Below, in pieces: positions 49,501 to 59,170 of a stretch of DNA of 64,000 nt (positions within the stretch are counted from its first letter, which is position 1; each line of letters opens with the position of its first letter). This DNA is from a virus. Its lineage: Duplodnaviria > Caudoviricetes. The stretch spans positions 32,001-96,000 of IMG/VR virus record IMGVR_UViG_3300021255_004427; one strand, 5' to 3'. The translations under genes and the position numbers were made by a program. The notes beneath the pieces were generated by a model, which had not been told where the DNA came from, did not search any database, and saw only the letters and a program-made list of their open reading frames with translations.

Positions 49501-52500
49501 GGAGTTTACTAAGCTGTTTGGCATCACCGATGTAATGGTGGAAGCTTGTGAAGTGGATACGGTTCCGAATTATCCTGGGCTTTATCATATTACAATGAGC
49601 CTGGTATCCGTAGACAGGTCCCTGCGTAATAGAGAATCTCTACAACAGAAAGATATGAAAAACTTCCACAACCTGTCTGTGCAGGGTGTCGCTCGTGAAC
49701 GCAGATGGTCCTACGCGCAGATGACAGAATATCTTTCTGAGGCAGAATTGTATCCGGATCTTGAATTACCAACTCTTAAGGAGCTGGCAGAGAATGGTTT
49801 TAATTTTATCCGCTACTCAAATACAAAGCGTGTTTATCCTGATCCGGATTTCTACTTCACGTACAGCTATGTCTTGATGAGCCAGCTTATTCGAGAAGCT
49901 GTGCTTAATTCGCTTAACTCCGATGCGTGCCAGACGGTAATTAAAGATACGACGGGCAAGGAAATCAGCGGCAGTCTTGCAAACCGCATGGGCTCCTGGA
50001 ATCGAAATTATGAATTATCCAGAGGGTGGGATAAGGACCTTAGTTCCGTATTCCAGAATGACGACCTTATTACCGCCCGCATTATTTCTGATTACGAGAA
50101 TGTTGCTGATGACGAACGCGATGAAACATGGACAATAGCACCAAATGTGAAGGTGGCCATGATGGAAAAGCGTATGCTTAACCGTATTAACGATTCTTCC
50201 AAGCAAAGCTATCAGGAAAAGAACGGAGCAAATATTCATTCGTCTACGACATATGATAATGCGGATGGAATAAAGAAACCAGTGACTGGTCAAACAACCG
50301 AAACCGATAAAGACGGCAATGTGACCGAGTTAAAGGATGCGCCGGACAATACCGGTAATACTGGATTGTCAAATGAAGACAATAAGGGAAATCTCGAAAG
50401 GTTAAAGCAGCAGCAACAGGATATCAAAGATGAAAAAGCTACAGGTAAATATTCCTCTGCCATGTATAAAAAGAACGAGGAAATTTCCAATCGTATAAAC
50501 GGTGTTATTAAACATTATCAAAACACGTCGATTGACGAAATGGGCGGCAGTATTGGAGATGCCGTACAGCAACTGGTTGCTGCGTTCAATACTTGCCCCA
50601 AATACAATAACTCGCACATAGAAGGCGTTCCAGGACAAGGCAGGAGCGAAATACCAAACGGGTTGTTTGGTAAAATCCCCGCATTCTTGGATGCGGCTGC
50701 TGATGCCATTTGCAGCAATAACGGTGTTGACTACAGTGAAGAGACGGCAGACCATTTAAACGCCGCCGCTACGGCATTTGGAGGTACAGTTGCAACATCA
50801 ATGGGTGTCGGTGCAGCGATAGGTTCGGTTGCAACACCAGTGGGAACAGTAGCAGGTGTAGCAGCTGGTGCTGCAGTGGGAACAGTAGCTGGTACAGTAG
50901 CAGCTGTCGCATCAGTAGCGACAGGAGCGCACTCTAAAAATGAAAAAGCTCCGTGGAGACACAGCACTAAGTATCGCGGGCGGCTTAAAATCGATGGCGT
51001 AGAACAAGTGTGGGCTTTCGATGACAAGGATCCGAAAAAGGATTACAAAATCGAAATGATTGCAAAGAACGCTACCGAGTTTGGGTATTTTAACTTCAAG
51101 TTCTATACACCGGAAGAATTAGAAGATCGGTTTGGTTACTATGGCCATATCGAACGGGACAACACGGTAGAAAATAGCGAAACTGTTGTAGAGGCTCATC
51201 CTCGTGTTGGAAAGTACTTGGCTGACCCGTATTATCGGTATGCAAACGCAGAAGTGCAAGAAGCGTATGTTAAGAAGTGCCTAACTGATTATGATTTTGC
51301 CAAAAAAGCATTCCTTAGAATCTGTATGCTGTATATGCAGGTGTTGGTAAGCTACAGCATTTTCCCGTCGTTCTCTTATGACGTAATGCGGGATGCTTTT
51401 ACCAATGAAGAAAATATGCGAAAAGTTTTGGCTGGCGTTGAAGAACTGCGAGCAAAGAAAGCTGCAGAGGAAAGAACTAAATCCGAAACGCAAAAACAGT
51501 ACGGCACGTCCAAGAAGTATTCTCAGAAAAAACAGCCAGGAGAAGTGAAAAAGGATGCTGCCAGCGTAGTATCATATGTTGGTGATGCCATCCCTGAGGG
51601 AGAAAAAGGCAAAGAAGCAGAAGGTAAGGATACAGAAGCCAAAGAAGGGAACGCACAAGAGAATAACGGCGATAAAAAATCGAGTACAGACAAGGCTGCT
51701 ACCGAGCAAGCCACGACAGATTCTGCCAATGCTAAAAAGACGGCAGCGCTTAATAAGTCGTTATCGGATTATGCCAAGAAGATTAACGAGAACAAAGAAG
51801 CTATGGACAATGGCAAACTGTTCCTCATGTGCGCCATGGGTGTTGTCGATGGAGATAAGAATTTCCTCAAACTTCTTCTTAACAGAGAATACGATTCCTT
51901 GAATGCAATCGCAATGGCAGCATGTAGCGGAAAAACGTCTCCAAATAAGAAGGATGCTACGTACGAAACGCGCCTTCGGAGCTTTATTCGGGCATTGGCC
52001 GGTGAAAATGTTATTGACAACTCGTTGATTGGTTCTGGTGAAACTGAGGCACCGGCAGCCGTTTTAGGGGAGAATAACTCCCGTTATAACTGCTCGGCTG
52101 CTGCTGAAGACCCGACCATGTATATGGTGCACAGCTTCTATGATATGGTCGTCCATGATTGCCGTGGGAGAATGCTTCGAGCCTTCCCAACATTCTATAT
52201 GTTTTTCATTGATGAAGGACGCAAGATTGGTAAGTTCAGGCTTCATGACAACTTCTACAACATAAATGCAATCTCCAGTATAACGATTTCAAAGTCACGC
52301 AAAAACCCTACTGACGTAGCGGAAGTCGTAATGACCAACTTCTTTAATACATTTACAACAGAAGATGAAGATTTGAATATGAACTATTCGACGAATTTTA
52401 CGGATGTATTTAAATCTTTGTGGCTGCCTACCTTGCAGTCCTATGCTGTAGATGAAGAAGAGCGCCGCACAAACGCCCCTAAGGCTGAACGATTCAGGTT

Positions 52501-55291
52501 ACGACCGGGCGCAAGGGTTCATATCCGTATTGGCTATGGCGCCGATGCTTCTCATCTGCCGATTAGTTTTAATGGGATGATTGCGGAAGTAGATAACGGC
52601 GATGTAGTAAAACTCATTTGTCAAAGCGATGGCGGAGAAATCTGTAAGCCCATTCTTCTAGAAAAGAAAGCGTCAGAACTTCAGGGGATTGATGGCGTTG
52701 GTTGGTCATCCGTTGCTGAAAACGGCGATACCCCGAAGAGTATTATGCGTAGCCTGATGTGCTTAAAAGGCGGGCTTATCAATTCCTATATGCATGATAA
52801 GGGCTGGGATGACGCAGCAAATCTTATTGGTACGCCAATAAACCCGCTAGGGATTTATCACTTCGGTAATCCCGACATGGCATATGCCGGAGACCCCGAA
52901 CCAGTACAAAACATCTTCGAGATTGGTCTTAAGGCAGGTTCGGACCGATACCTAAACGTCTCGGGGGATGACCATAAAGAAGGCGTGCTTGAGGGAATGG
53001 CAAATACCTTTAAAGGCAAGGACGAGGATATTGCAACGCACCTGCAGTTCGAAGTGTTCGGTAAAACTGTCTGGGATGTAGCAAATATCTGCCGGAGTAC
53101 CGATCCGGAATACTACGCGGCTGTTCGGCCATTCCATATGCGTTCTACATTATTTATCGGGCGCGCGCATGACTACTATGCTTATGATTATGAGCAAAAA
53201 GGCGGCACATGGATTGAAAAGCGCAAGCCATTCCAGCAGGCGCATATCTATACGTCACTCTCTGATATTATTGACAATCGGCTGGCGGTTTCTCCAAAAG
53301 ACATCAAGACGTGCGCCATTGGCATGTATGAAGTAGAAGGTTTTATGAATGCCAAGGTACAGAAGAAAACCGACCCGCAGTGGGTGGATGCGGCAATATA
53401 TCCGGAGTACCAGAAAACAATGTATGTAGATACAAAACTCTTCGGTGAAGCATCTAGAAAGCTTGGCATCATAAGTGATGTTACTGGGTGGTTTACCAAT
53501 GGTGTATTCAATAGCTGGCTGGATCGTGGTTTTGACAAGGAGGGCGATGCGCAAAATCATCATGCTCTCGCAGTAAAGATGACCATTAGTGCCCTTAAGG
53601 ACGCGATGAAAGAAATGTATCAAGGGAATATTGTTGTTATTGGCGACCCAACAGTACAGCCTAACGATCGCATAATCCTAAACGATACATACAATTACAT
53701 CAACGGGCAGTGCCTTGTCCGCGATGTAGTTCAAGTATTCTCCAGTGAAAATGGTTTTAGAACAGTGCTTACACCGGATCTCATCACCACACAGGTGGGG
53801 GATGCGTCTGCTGGGGAATCTAAAAATCAGTCCTTTGGCTGTCTTGGTGTAAATACTGTAGTTGGCACACTGGGCGCGATTTGCGGAGCGAAGCTTATGC
53901 AGGGGGCAGCATCAGGATTGTTTAAAAGCCTGCAGAGCATAAAAAACAGCGAGAATGCTGTAAAAGTTGGTAACTTAATCAAAAGCACAGGCTCTGCTAT
54001 AAATGAAAGCAAGGTTGTGCAGGTCGGTAAAAATGTTCTTGGTGGGTTTTCGAAATTTGGCAATGCTTTAAGTAAGATTGGAAGTGTTGCTCGTGCAGTT
54101 TCAACTGTAGCCAGTGGAGCTGAAGCAGTAGCTGGCGCAGTGGCCGGCGGCGCAGAGGCTGTAGCCGCTGCGGTCACGGCTGGAGGCGCGGCAACGGCGG
54201 CGGCAATTGCTGCTCCACTTGTTCCGGTATTTATATTGGGGCTTGGTGCCATAGAAGATATTGTGGCAAGTAAATTCAATAGCAGGAAGACGCTGGTAAT
54301 ATTCCCGTTAATGAAATACAACAAGCCATATGTTGGCGGAATTGATGGCCACGTTGGTTCTGTGTACGGAGCACCAAACTTTGGATCTGAAGATGCAATA
54401 CAGTCTATATTTACGACGCTGTCGAATGCAAGCAACTACCCCTATTTTTCGAAAGTGGTAAACGCCCTGTTCGGAAAAGACGGTATTATGGATATTCATC
54501 AGAGCTTTGGTTTGGATGAGTGCCAGAAGATTGCTAACGATGAAGGTCTTGCGCAAACTGCATATCGCCAAATAAACAATAGCCAAATAAACAACTTCTC
54601 GAAAGCATCTTTTAACCCGCTTAAGCCGCGCATGTCTGTACGGAGTAACAATGCCATTCAAAAAGCAAAAGCCCTTTATGGCGTAACCGGAAAAACTCCT
54701 GACGATATAAATGCGGATACAAAGATGAAGGAAATGAAGAGCGTTATTCATGACGAGACATTGAAACAATACTTCACTAATGGGTTCTTCCGTGTAGCAG
54801 CACACGAGAAAGGTTTTACAGCAGATATCAGTGACAAGATTGAATGTATCTGTATTAAAAATCCAGACAGTGAAGAATACTACTACATTAATGCTATCCT
54901 GGACAGTAATGGGTGCTATGACATACCATTTGTACACAAAGAAGCGGCGGGAGTCCTGCATGATATCATTGTGAGGTCGTTTGTTTTTATGGCTGGTACA
55001 GAACAAGAACGCGATGCATATAAATGGTATGAAGACAATAAAGGGTCATTCATAACACTGACTTCGGCCTTAAAGTGTGGCTCGTCCAAGAATTATGAAT
55101 CCACAGGCTTCTCGTTTGTATTAACCGCCTCGGACGATAAATCTCAAAAGGCGCTTTCTAGTGCTATTGATTTTATCAATCGCCAAATGGCGGAAACGCA
55201 TAATAAGATGGAGGCTGTACCAGAGGCAGTAATGACTAAGAAGGAAAGTGGCCGAGATGTATTTATTGTAGTGCATCCGCCACAGAGGTAA
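46523..55291 (+). CDS. Giant (2922 aa) baseplate-hub-like protein with N-terminal thermonuclease (SNase) domain
   Basis: DDGDT, VRFAGLDTKE and DAYGRCISAVYV...NLNKLV SNase motifs; GNIVVIGDPTVQPNDRIILND...VRDVVQVFSSENGFRTVL hub (gp27/gpD-like) pattern near the C-terminus. Confidence 0.65.
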   Translation: MVTDFINPAIGLPDMGDFYYDAPDQESYFGEMDKNLNSVRRDRANSAEAYRFYQEDPPQPGADEQGKVYVFDVELGAKGIGDDSEEVAGIKVDDGDTLAIPVGSIHPADEKSEKYLSYIKGYTSTHNSSGEATAVNVRFAGLDTKELPHYRKIGMDELNQKELSQVDLGTALGNKNYMVSKYKSWMQTRKTLDKAYDGYKTKGTFFDYAQPSDSVVNVVKLDDDKYHQYFSDGTNGYVLVANATNDYSPETIADAGIGRDVVVNALNDAEAMRIVVDGTQITRDGGNIKTMFNTELYGSGFENEARRQLDMLFDSYTKHQRPGFNTWGQDAYGRCISAVYVKIKGQWINLNKLVIADTNMTEINKYNDGDQASTAINLDSYEYDKKAYADSLYADTSKFDDREQVQKQIFGQTWKALKDWTVTIGDVTLFVPPTSIRTLTQTKAERMPLIRAKGSMAKSSTKNQRIIEMDLYFNEDRGINGYEYKTNTRPDNKGKNVTYWMNGLRALYAQFRVAPFLPIESYYINTVLGVDAVSLVSFSCETVPNFPKLIKATIQLSEFEYRIYMPEIPFDDGSDDDTEVRNYFSKQINYPLFRYYYQRLLRNGEELRGVKFLDKKYITSTFGNKTCLVPANFVDPYIRFYVPNKNQLERLKKAKLERMARPNTVRDITKTELNFADEMAKVKNEIDYINTSQSPLDKVNDYLKAPELDGYVLAGVNNRMVIGKAGAAGTFVPDEEKTRELESLLSEATTYYEVGLTSLKREDGQPLCQKQGATTFGPSNSDGSIYGAYFSINVEYPDISEDSLNNLRTLSSISGVASADETFVNRNLRLRMSVDFGESNLTYASNLLKGAALGKGESLFYFDVNADSSFLNFLAEVNNKQGVGGNEDANGAKALVDFVSSATLEFEPYNDDEDFLVEAIHINTSNTFAQVTLQETSGYAPQYMGGTDVSLQISMYTQSKKAASAINALPHVSAEFARNYRLVLAAWPLKIETEFTKLFGITDVMVEACEVDTVPNYPGLYHITMSLVSVDRSLRNRESLQQKDMKNFHNLSVQGVARERRWSYAQMTEYLSEAELYPDLELPTLKELAENGFNFIRYSNTKRVYPDPDFYFTYSYVLMSQLIREAVLNSLNSDACQTVIKDTTGKEISGSLANRMGSWNRNYELSRGWDKDLSSVFQNDDLITARIISDYENVADDERDETWTIAPNVKVAMMEKRMLNRINDSSKQSYQEKNGANIHSSTTYDNADGIKKPVTGQTTETDKDGNVTELKDAPDNTGNTGLSNEDNKGNLERLKQQQQDIKDEKATGKYSSAMYKKNEEISNRINGVIKHYQNTSIDEMGGSIGDAVQQLVAAFNTCPKYNNSHIEGVPGQGRSEIPNGLFGKIPAFLDAAADAICSNNGVDYSEETADHLNAAATAFGGTVATSMGVGAAIGSVATPVGTVAGVAAGAAVGTVAGTVAAVASVATGAHSKNEKAPWRHSTKYRGRLKIDGVEQVWAFDDKDPKKDYKIEMIAKNATEFGYFNFKFYTPEELEDRFGYYGHIERDNTVENSETVVEAHPRVGKYLADPYYRYANAEVQEAYVKKCLTDYDFAKKAFLRICMLYMQVLVSYSIFPSFSYDVMRDAFTNEENMRKVLAGVEELRAKKAAEERTKSETQKQYGTSKKYSQKKQPGEVKKDAASVVSYVGDAIPEGEKGKEAEGKDTEAKEGNAQENNGDKKSSTDKAATEQATTDSANAKKTAALNKSLSDYAKKINENKEAMDNGKLFLMCAMGVVDGDKNFLKLLLNREYDSLNAIAMAACSGKTSPNKKDATYETRLRSFIRALAGENVIDNSLIGSGETEAPAAVLGENNSRYNCSAAAEDPTMYMVHSFYDMVVHDCRGRMLRAFPTFYMFFIDEGRKIGKFRLHDNFYNINAISSITISKSRKNPTDVAEVVMTNFFNTFTTEDEDLNMNYSTNFTDVFKSLWLPTLQSYAVDEEERRTNAPKAERFRLRPGARVHIRIGYGADASHLPISFNGMIAEVDNGDVVKLICQSDGGEICKPILLEKKASELQGIDGVGWSSVAENGDTPKSIMRSLMCLKGGLINSYMHDKGWDDAANLIGTPINPLGIYHFGNPDMAYAGDPEPVQNIFEIGLKAGSDRYLNVSGDDHKEGVLEGMANTFKGKDEDIATHLQFEVFGKTVWDVANICRSTDPEYYAAVRPFHMRSTLFIGRAHDYYAYDYEQKGGTWIEKRKPFQQAHIYTSLSDIIDNRLAVSPKDIKTCAIGMYEVEGFMNAKVQKKTDPQWVDAAIYPEYQKTMYVDTKLFGEASRKLGIISDVTGWFTNGVFNSWLDRGFDKEGDAQNHHALAVKMTISALKDAMKEMYQGNIVVIGDPTVQPNDRIILNDTYNYINGQCLVRDVVQVFSSENGFRTVLTPDLITTQVGDASAGESKNQSFGCLGVNTVVGTLGAICGAKLMQGAASGLFKSLQSIKNSENAVKVGNLIKSTGSAINESKVVQVGKNVLGGFSKFGNALSKIGSVARAVSTVASGAEAVAGAVAGGAEAVAAAVTAGGAATAAAIAAPLVPVFILGLGAIEDIVASKFNSRKTLVIFPLMKYNKPYVGGIDGHVGSVYGAPNFGSEDAIQSIFTTLSNASNYPYFSKVVNALFGKDGIMDIHQSFGLDECQKIANDEGLAQTAYRQINNSQINNFSKASFNPLKPRMSVRSNNAIQKAKALYGVTGKTPDDINADTKMKEMKSVIHDETLKQYFTNGFFRVAAHEKGFTADISDKIECICIKNPDSEEYYYINAILDSNGCYDIPFVHKEAAGVLHDIIVRSFVFMAGTEQERDAYKWYEDNKGSFITLTSALKCGSSKNYESTGFSFVLTASDDKSQKALSSAIDFINRQMAETHNKMEAVPEAVMTKKESGRDVFIVVHPPQR

Positions 55292-55295
55292 ATAA

Positions 55296-55658
55296 ATGGG
55301 AGTACTTGGAAATGCAATGAAAAATGGTGTCATTGGCGAAGCTATGCGCTCCGCCAATCGGGACCAACAGACTGTTGCCAAAGTACTCAGCGCAGATGAG
55401 TCCAACAATCAGTGTACTGTAGAGTACATGGATAGGGACGGAAGTAAGGTAAAAATAGATAAGGCTATGGTGGATCTGCGGAATAAGGACTGGTTCCCCA
55501 GCAAGGGGGACATAGTCCTTATCCGTGTATCTGGCCGTTCTGCGCTAGTGGAGCAGCAGTACACAGAAGATTATAATGCGGATGTCCGTAGTAAACAGAA
55601 GTTAAGTAACGACGTCACCCCGGATGGTGACGGAACTGTAGCAGGTTCAATTTTTTGA
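55296..55658 (+). CDS. Probable baseplate spike/gpV-like OB-fold protein
   Basis: AKVLSAD...CTVEY...WFPSKGDIVLI pattern; follows the hub-like gene. Confidence 0.5.
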   Translation: MGVLGNAMKNGVIGEAMRSANRDQQTVAKVLSADESNNQCTVEYMDRDGSKVKIDKAMVDLRNKDWFPSKGDIVLIRVSGRSALVEQQYTEDYNADVRSKQKLSNDVTPDGDGTVAGSIF

Positions 55659-55665
55659 GGAAATT

Positions 55666-56751
55666 ATGGCAGAAAATAAATCAGAAAAGTTTGCACTGCA
55701 GGTTGGTGCGGTAAAGCCAGACTTGCGGGCAAATATCAATGCACTGAGAAAGCGGGCGGATTATGCTGACCGTTCCACTGACTCAGCTATGGTGGGCAAT
55801 AACGGCAATGCCTCTCTACGCCTGTTCGATAAGAAAATAAATCAGGCAGCATCCCAGAATTCGTCCCAAAAGATGACAGATAAGCAAAATATCACCACAT
55901 CTTTTGAGGAACGTCATGTGACCAACAGATATAGTTTGGAAGCCTATGACTTTATCTTTAATGGTCATAAGCTCAATCCTAACCTCTGGGAATATAGCGA
56001 TTTTAAGAAGTATACGGATATGTATGGGCAGGAACATGCAGTCGGCGGTTTTACCATGATGGGTACTATTCTTACCCCGTCATGGGATGAACAGCTGCAT
56101 CGGTATGTTCTCATCCGACGTCAGACACGTATGCCGTTCTTCTCGCCGAAGAATAATGTGCCGGAAATCTTAAAGACCCTGAATATTGACGACCCGACCA
56201 AAGTCGCCTACAAATACGGCGTAAAGCAGTCGTCCGAAACGGCACAACAGTATTATGAACGCGTAGGCAAGAACTTCGACCAGAAAAAATATTACACTGG
56301 CGCTACCGCACCGAATCCAAATGGTGGCGGCGCTGGCACTGCTACGGCAGAGATTATTGAAAAGGCTGTTCAATGGTGTATTAAGATTGCTAACGATGAG
56401 GATGGTCAGATTCATCACTATTCCCAGCAGAACAGACAAGGCCCGGATTATGATTGTACGTCTTTCGTATGTGCTGGTTTGCAAGCGGGTGGACTGGATA
56501 TTCCGTTTTTGGGTGGCGGAGATTTTGATAATGCAATCTTAAACTATGGTTTTGAACGACTCCCATTCCCCGGTCTTGAGGGGTTGCAGCGCGGGGATAT
56601 CATGAGCAATCCGTCGCATGTTGAATGGTATATCGGTAACAACCAGCGTTGCGGTGCGCATACCGATAGTAAGCCTGCTGAAAAACAGATTAGTGTAGAG
56701 CAATATTGGGAAGGTCAGGGGTGGACAGATATTTTCCGATATAAAGGGTGA
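55666..56751 (+). CDS. Virion-associated peptidoglycan hydrolase, C-terminal NlpC/P60 domain
   Basis: YSQQNRQGPDYDCTSFV (catalytic Cys), LQRGDIM, SHVEWYIG (His). Confidence 0.8.
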   Translation: MAENKSEKFALQVGAVKPDLRANINALRKRADYADRSTDSAMVGNNGNASLRLFDKKINQAASQNSSQKMTDKQNITTSFEERHVTNRYSLEAYDFIFNGHKLNPNLWEYSDFKKYTDMYGQEHAVGGFTMMGTILTPSWDEQLHRYVLIRRQTRMPFFSPKNNVPEILKTLNIDDPTKVAYKYGVKQSSETAQQYYERVGKNFDQKKYYTGATAPNPNGGGAGTATAEIIEKAVQWCIKIANDEDGQIHHYSQQNRQGPDYDCTSFVCAGLQAGGLDIPFLGGGDFDNAILNYGFERLPFPGLEGLQRGDIMSNPSHVEWYIGNNQRCGAHTDSKPAEKQISVEQYWEGQGWTDIFRYKG

Positions 56752-56754
56752 TTA

Positions 56755-58509
56755 GTGATGGCGCAGATACCTAGCTATAATAAAATAGATTATCAAAACG
56801 ATTCCAAGCTTGTCGTATATGCAAAACAGCAGGCGATAGCGAAGGCGATGTCAAAGACATCGCCCGCTGTTGCTGCAAAGACGAGCATTATTGCAGGAAA
56901 TCAATCCAGCAGCACAAGGTACGAAGTTCCGGAATATAACAAGATTGACTACAAAAATGATTCTTTGGCGGTTATTACCGCGAAGCAAAAGGCGATTGTA
57001 AAGGCGCAGGGGGCGTCCTTACCTATAGCCAAGACGAATAACACCACCAGCGCTCCAGCAAAAAAAACGAGTGCTCCGCAGTATGAGATACCCAGCTACA
57101 ATAAAATAGACTACGCTAACGACTCACTAGCAGTAATTCAGGCGAAGAGACTGGCAATTGCCAATGCGCAGGGAGCTAACGGTCAAGAAGCAAAAACTCC
57201 AACAGTTAGTGTGTCGGTTAGTGAAGAAGCAGTCACAGTGATTTCGCCTAAAACCGAAAACGCAGTAAAAACCGAAGCCGAGAAAAAGAGTGAAGAAGCT
57301 AAAGCAAAAAAACTCAAAGAGGCTGAGGATCGAAAAAAGAAACGGGATAAAGAGTTTCAGGAGAAAACAGCTGTTGTTCAAAAGAATAGTGAAGAAGCCG
57401 CCAAAAATGTACAAAAGTATGTCGCCGAGCAATTAAAAGCCAACACCGAGAAGAAAAAGGACAAGGATAAGGACAAGGTAGCATCTTCATCTGAAGCGCT
57501 GAAAGAGATGAAAGATAACGTAAAAGGTGTATGGAAGAACTTGGTATCCCCCCTTAGCGGTTCTCTCAGCGACGCTGCAAAAAATATAAAATCAGATGAA
57601 GCCGCGAAAAGCATTATCGGTGAAATCAAAAAGACCTCGCAAGGGATAGGTAAGATAGAGGATTTTCTTAAAGGCGCAAGCGGCTTATCAAACGAAGACC
57701 TTATTAAACTCAGCACAAAATCTATTCTGGATTTCCAAAAAGATATTCTCAGTCAAAATTTAACCCAGCAAGCTATCCTGGATAGCATAACAAAACGCAT
57801 TGCCGAGCAGGAAGGCAATATAGCTAAGCTGGCTCAGAATATAGCAGACCAGTACCTTGTCCAAAAAGCGTATATTAATACATATCTGAAAAATACCCTT
57901 GGCAATCCGGAGTTTATGGAAAATATGTCGAAGACAATTGGCGGCCAGGTTAATGACTACATTGATGCATTATCAAACGAAAAAATTAATTCGGTAAATA
58001 ATCGGATTAATACAACCATCGACAATACATTCAACCGTATAACAAGCCAGGTAGAATCGACAACACAAAAGATAAACACAAAACTGGATGACCTGCTGAA
58101 GTTGGACATTGTAAATGACCTTAACCAAAAGCTTGAGAAAAGCATTTCTCTAGAGGCGTTTGAGAAGCGGTTGAACGCAAATCCGTTAACACAGGTATTG
58201 TCACCGAGTATTATGGCGATTTGTCAAGCAGGCAAGTTATCTGTTCTTAACTCCTTTAAGCAACCGAAGATGCTTGAAACAATTACAAAGGTTCAAACCA
58301 AGATTAAGGCGGTTCAAGAAAACCTTAATAAAGCAAAAGAATTCATTGCGAACAAAACAAAGCAGCTCAAGGAGTACGTGGACAATCTTAAAAAGAAAGC
58401 TACAGAAGCAGTTAAGCAGTTTGCCAATAAAGTTGTAGCGGACATAAAGAATAAGATTTCAGTAGCAATATCGGGAGCGCTAGGCAGTGTGGCCGGAGGT
58501 CTACTTTAA
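56755..58509 (+). CDS. Coiled-coil protein with three N-terminal repeats
   Basis: Three copies of (I/V)PxYNKIDYxNDS...AK..AI..A followed by a long helical region. Confidence 0.65.
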   Translation: MMAQIPSYNKIDYQNDSKLVVYAKQQAIAKAMSKTSPAVAAKTSIIAGNQSSSTRYEVPEYNKIDYKNDSLAVITAKQKAIVKAQGASLPIAKTNNTTSAPAKKTSAPQYEIPSYNKIDYANDSLAVIQAKRLAIANAQGANGQEAKTPTVSVSVSEEAVTVISPKTENAVKTEAEKKSEEAKAKKLKEAEDRKKKRDKEFQEKTAVVQKNSEEAAKNVQKYVAEQLKANTEKKKDKDKDKVASSSEALKEMKDNVKGVWKNLVSPLSGSLSDAAKNIKSDEAAKSIIGEIKKTSQGIGKIEDFLKGASGLSNEDLIKLSTKSILDFQKDILSQNLTQQAILDSITKRIAEQEGNIAKLAQNIADQYLVQKAYINTYLKNTLGNPEFMENMSKTIGGQVNDYIDALSNEKINSVNNRINTTIDNTFNRITSQVESTTQKINTKLDDLLKLDIVNDLNQKLEKSISLEAFEKRLNANPLTQVLSPSIMAICQAGKLSVLNSFKQPKMLETITKVQTKIKAVQENLNKAKEFIANKTKQLKEYVDNLKKKATEAVKQFANKVVADIKNKISVAISGALGSVAGGLL

Positions 58510-58521
58510 GGTGGTGGAAGA

Positions 58522-59046
58522 ATGCTAGATTTAGAAATGACGGACAATGGAGATCTTGCATGGTCTTCGGTGTCGAGCTCGGGCGCTTTTCATTTAAGGT
58601 TTGCGCTGGCAGATTACAAAACGCAGCATATACATTTTCTTTGTAGGCCGACAAGCCGTTTGCAAAACAAACATCGCAAGGGGCAGCGCATTCGCTTCTG
58701 TTTTGCGGAACCAGGAGAAGAGTTTAAGGTACAAACCGGCTTGGTTCAGAATGAAGATGAACGACTACAAGCACTCTACATTGCACTTCGCACAGAGCTT
58801 GGCGATGTAAATGACGATACGGTGGGTTCTGATTTCTATAAAGAGGCTCACCATATCATAGCAGATGCTAATGATTTATCGACTATCCGTGATAAAGCTG
58901 CGGAAGTAGTTGAACGCTTCTTTCCGGGCTCAGTCCTCGAAGCTGAATACTCAATATGTCCAGAGGCAAAAAACTTTAAGTATCAGTCAGTGAAGTTTAC
59001 AATAAAAGATAAAGACAACGAGGTTGTAGCTTCGTTTGTATTCTGA
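58522..59046 (+). CDS. Probable baseplate wedge protein (gp25/gpW-like)
   Basis: MLDLEMTDNGDL...QALYIALRTELG...GS pattern; position among baseplate genes. Confidence 0.55.
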   Translation: MLDLEMTDNGDLAWSSVSSSGAFHLRFALADYKTQHIHFLCRPTSRLQNKHRKGQRIRFCFAEPGEEFKVQTGLVQNEDERLQALYIALRTELGDVNDDTVGSDFYKEAHHIIADANDLSTIRDKAAEVVERFFPGSVLEAEYSICPEAKNFKYQSVKFTIKDKDNEVVASFVF

Positions 59047-59072
59047 GAGAGCGAAAGCTCTCTATTTTTTTT
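59046..59072 (+). terminator. Intrinsic terminator
   Basis: AGAGAGC-gaaa-GCTCTCT then A and a long T-run. Confidence 0.8.
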
Positions 59073-59102
59073 GAAAAAATTTGCTTTGCTGTAAAAATAG
59101 TC

Positions 59103-59153
59103 TTGACAAATGTGGTAATGTGTACTACGATTAATGTAGTACAAGATACCACA
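59103..59153 (+). promoter_or_regulatory. sigmaA promoter overlapped by two NrtR-type operators
   Basis: TTGACA (59103)-17 bp-TACGAT (59126); boxes TGTGGT-aatgtgt-ACTACG and TGTAGT-acaagat-ACCACA, both with the GT-N7-AC core. Confidence 0.75.
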
Positions 59154-59170
59154 AAAAAGAGGTTGATTAT

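Noticed and set aside
30400-55291. Inteins explaining the size of the giant proteins
   Set aside because: No convincing intein N-terminal block or HN-C/S/T junction with LAGLIDADG motifs recognised by eye; an HMM scan is needed to exclude them fully.
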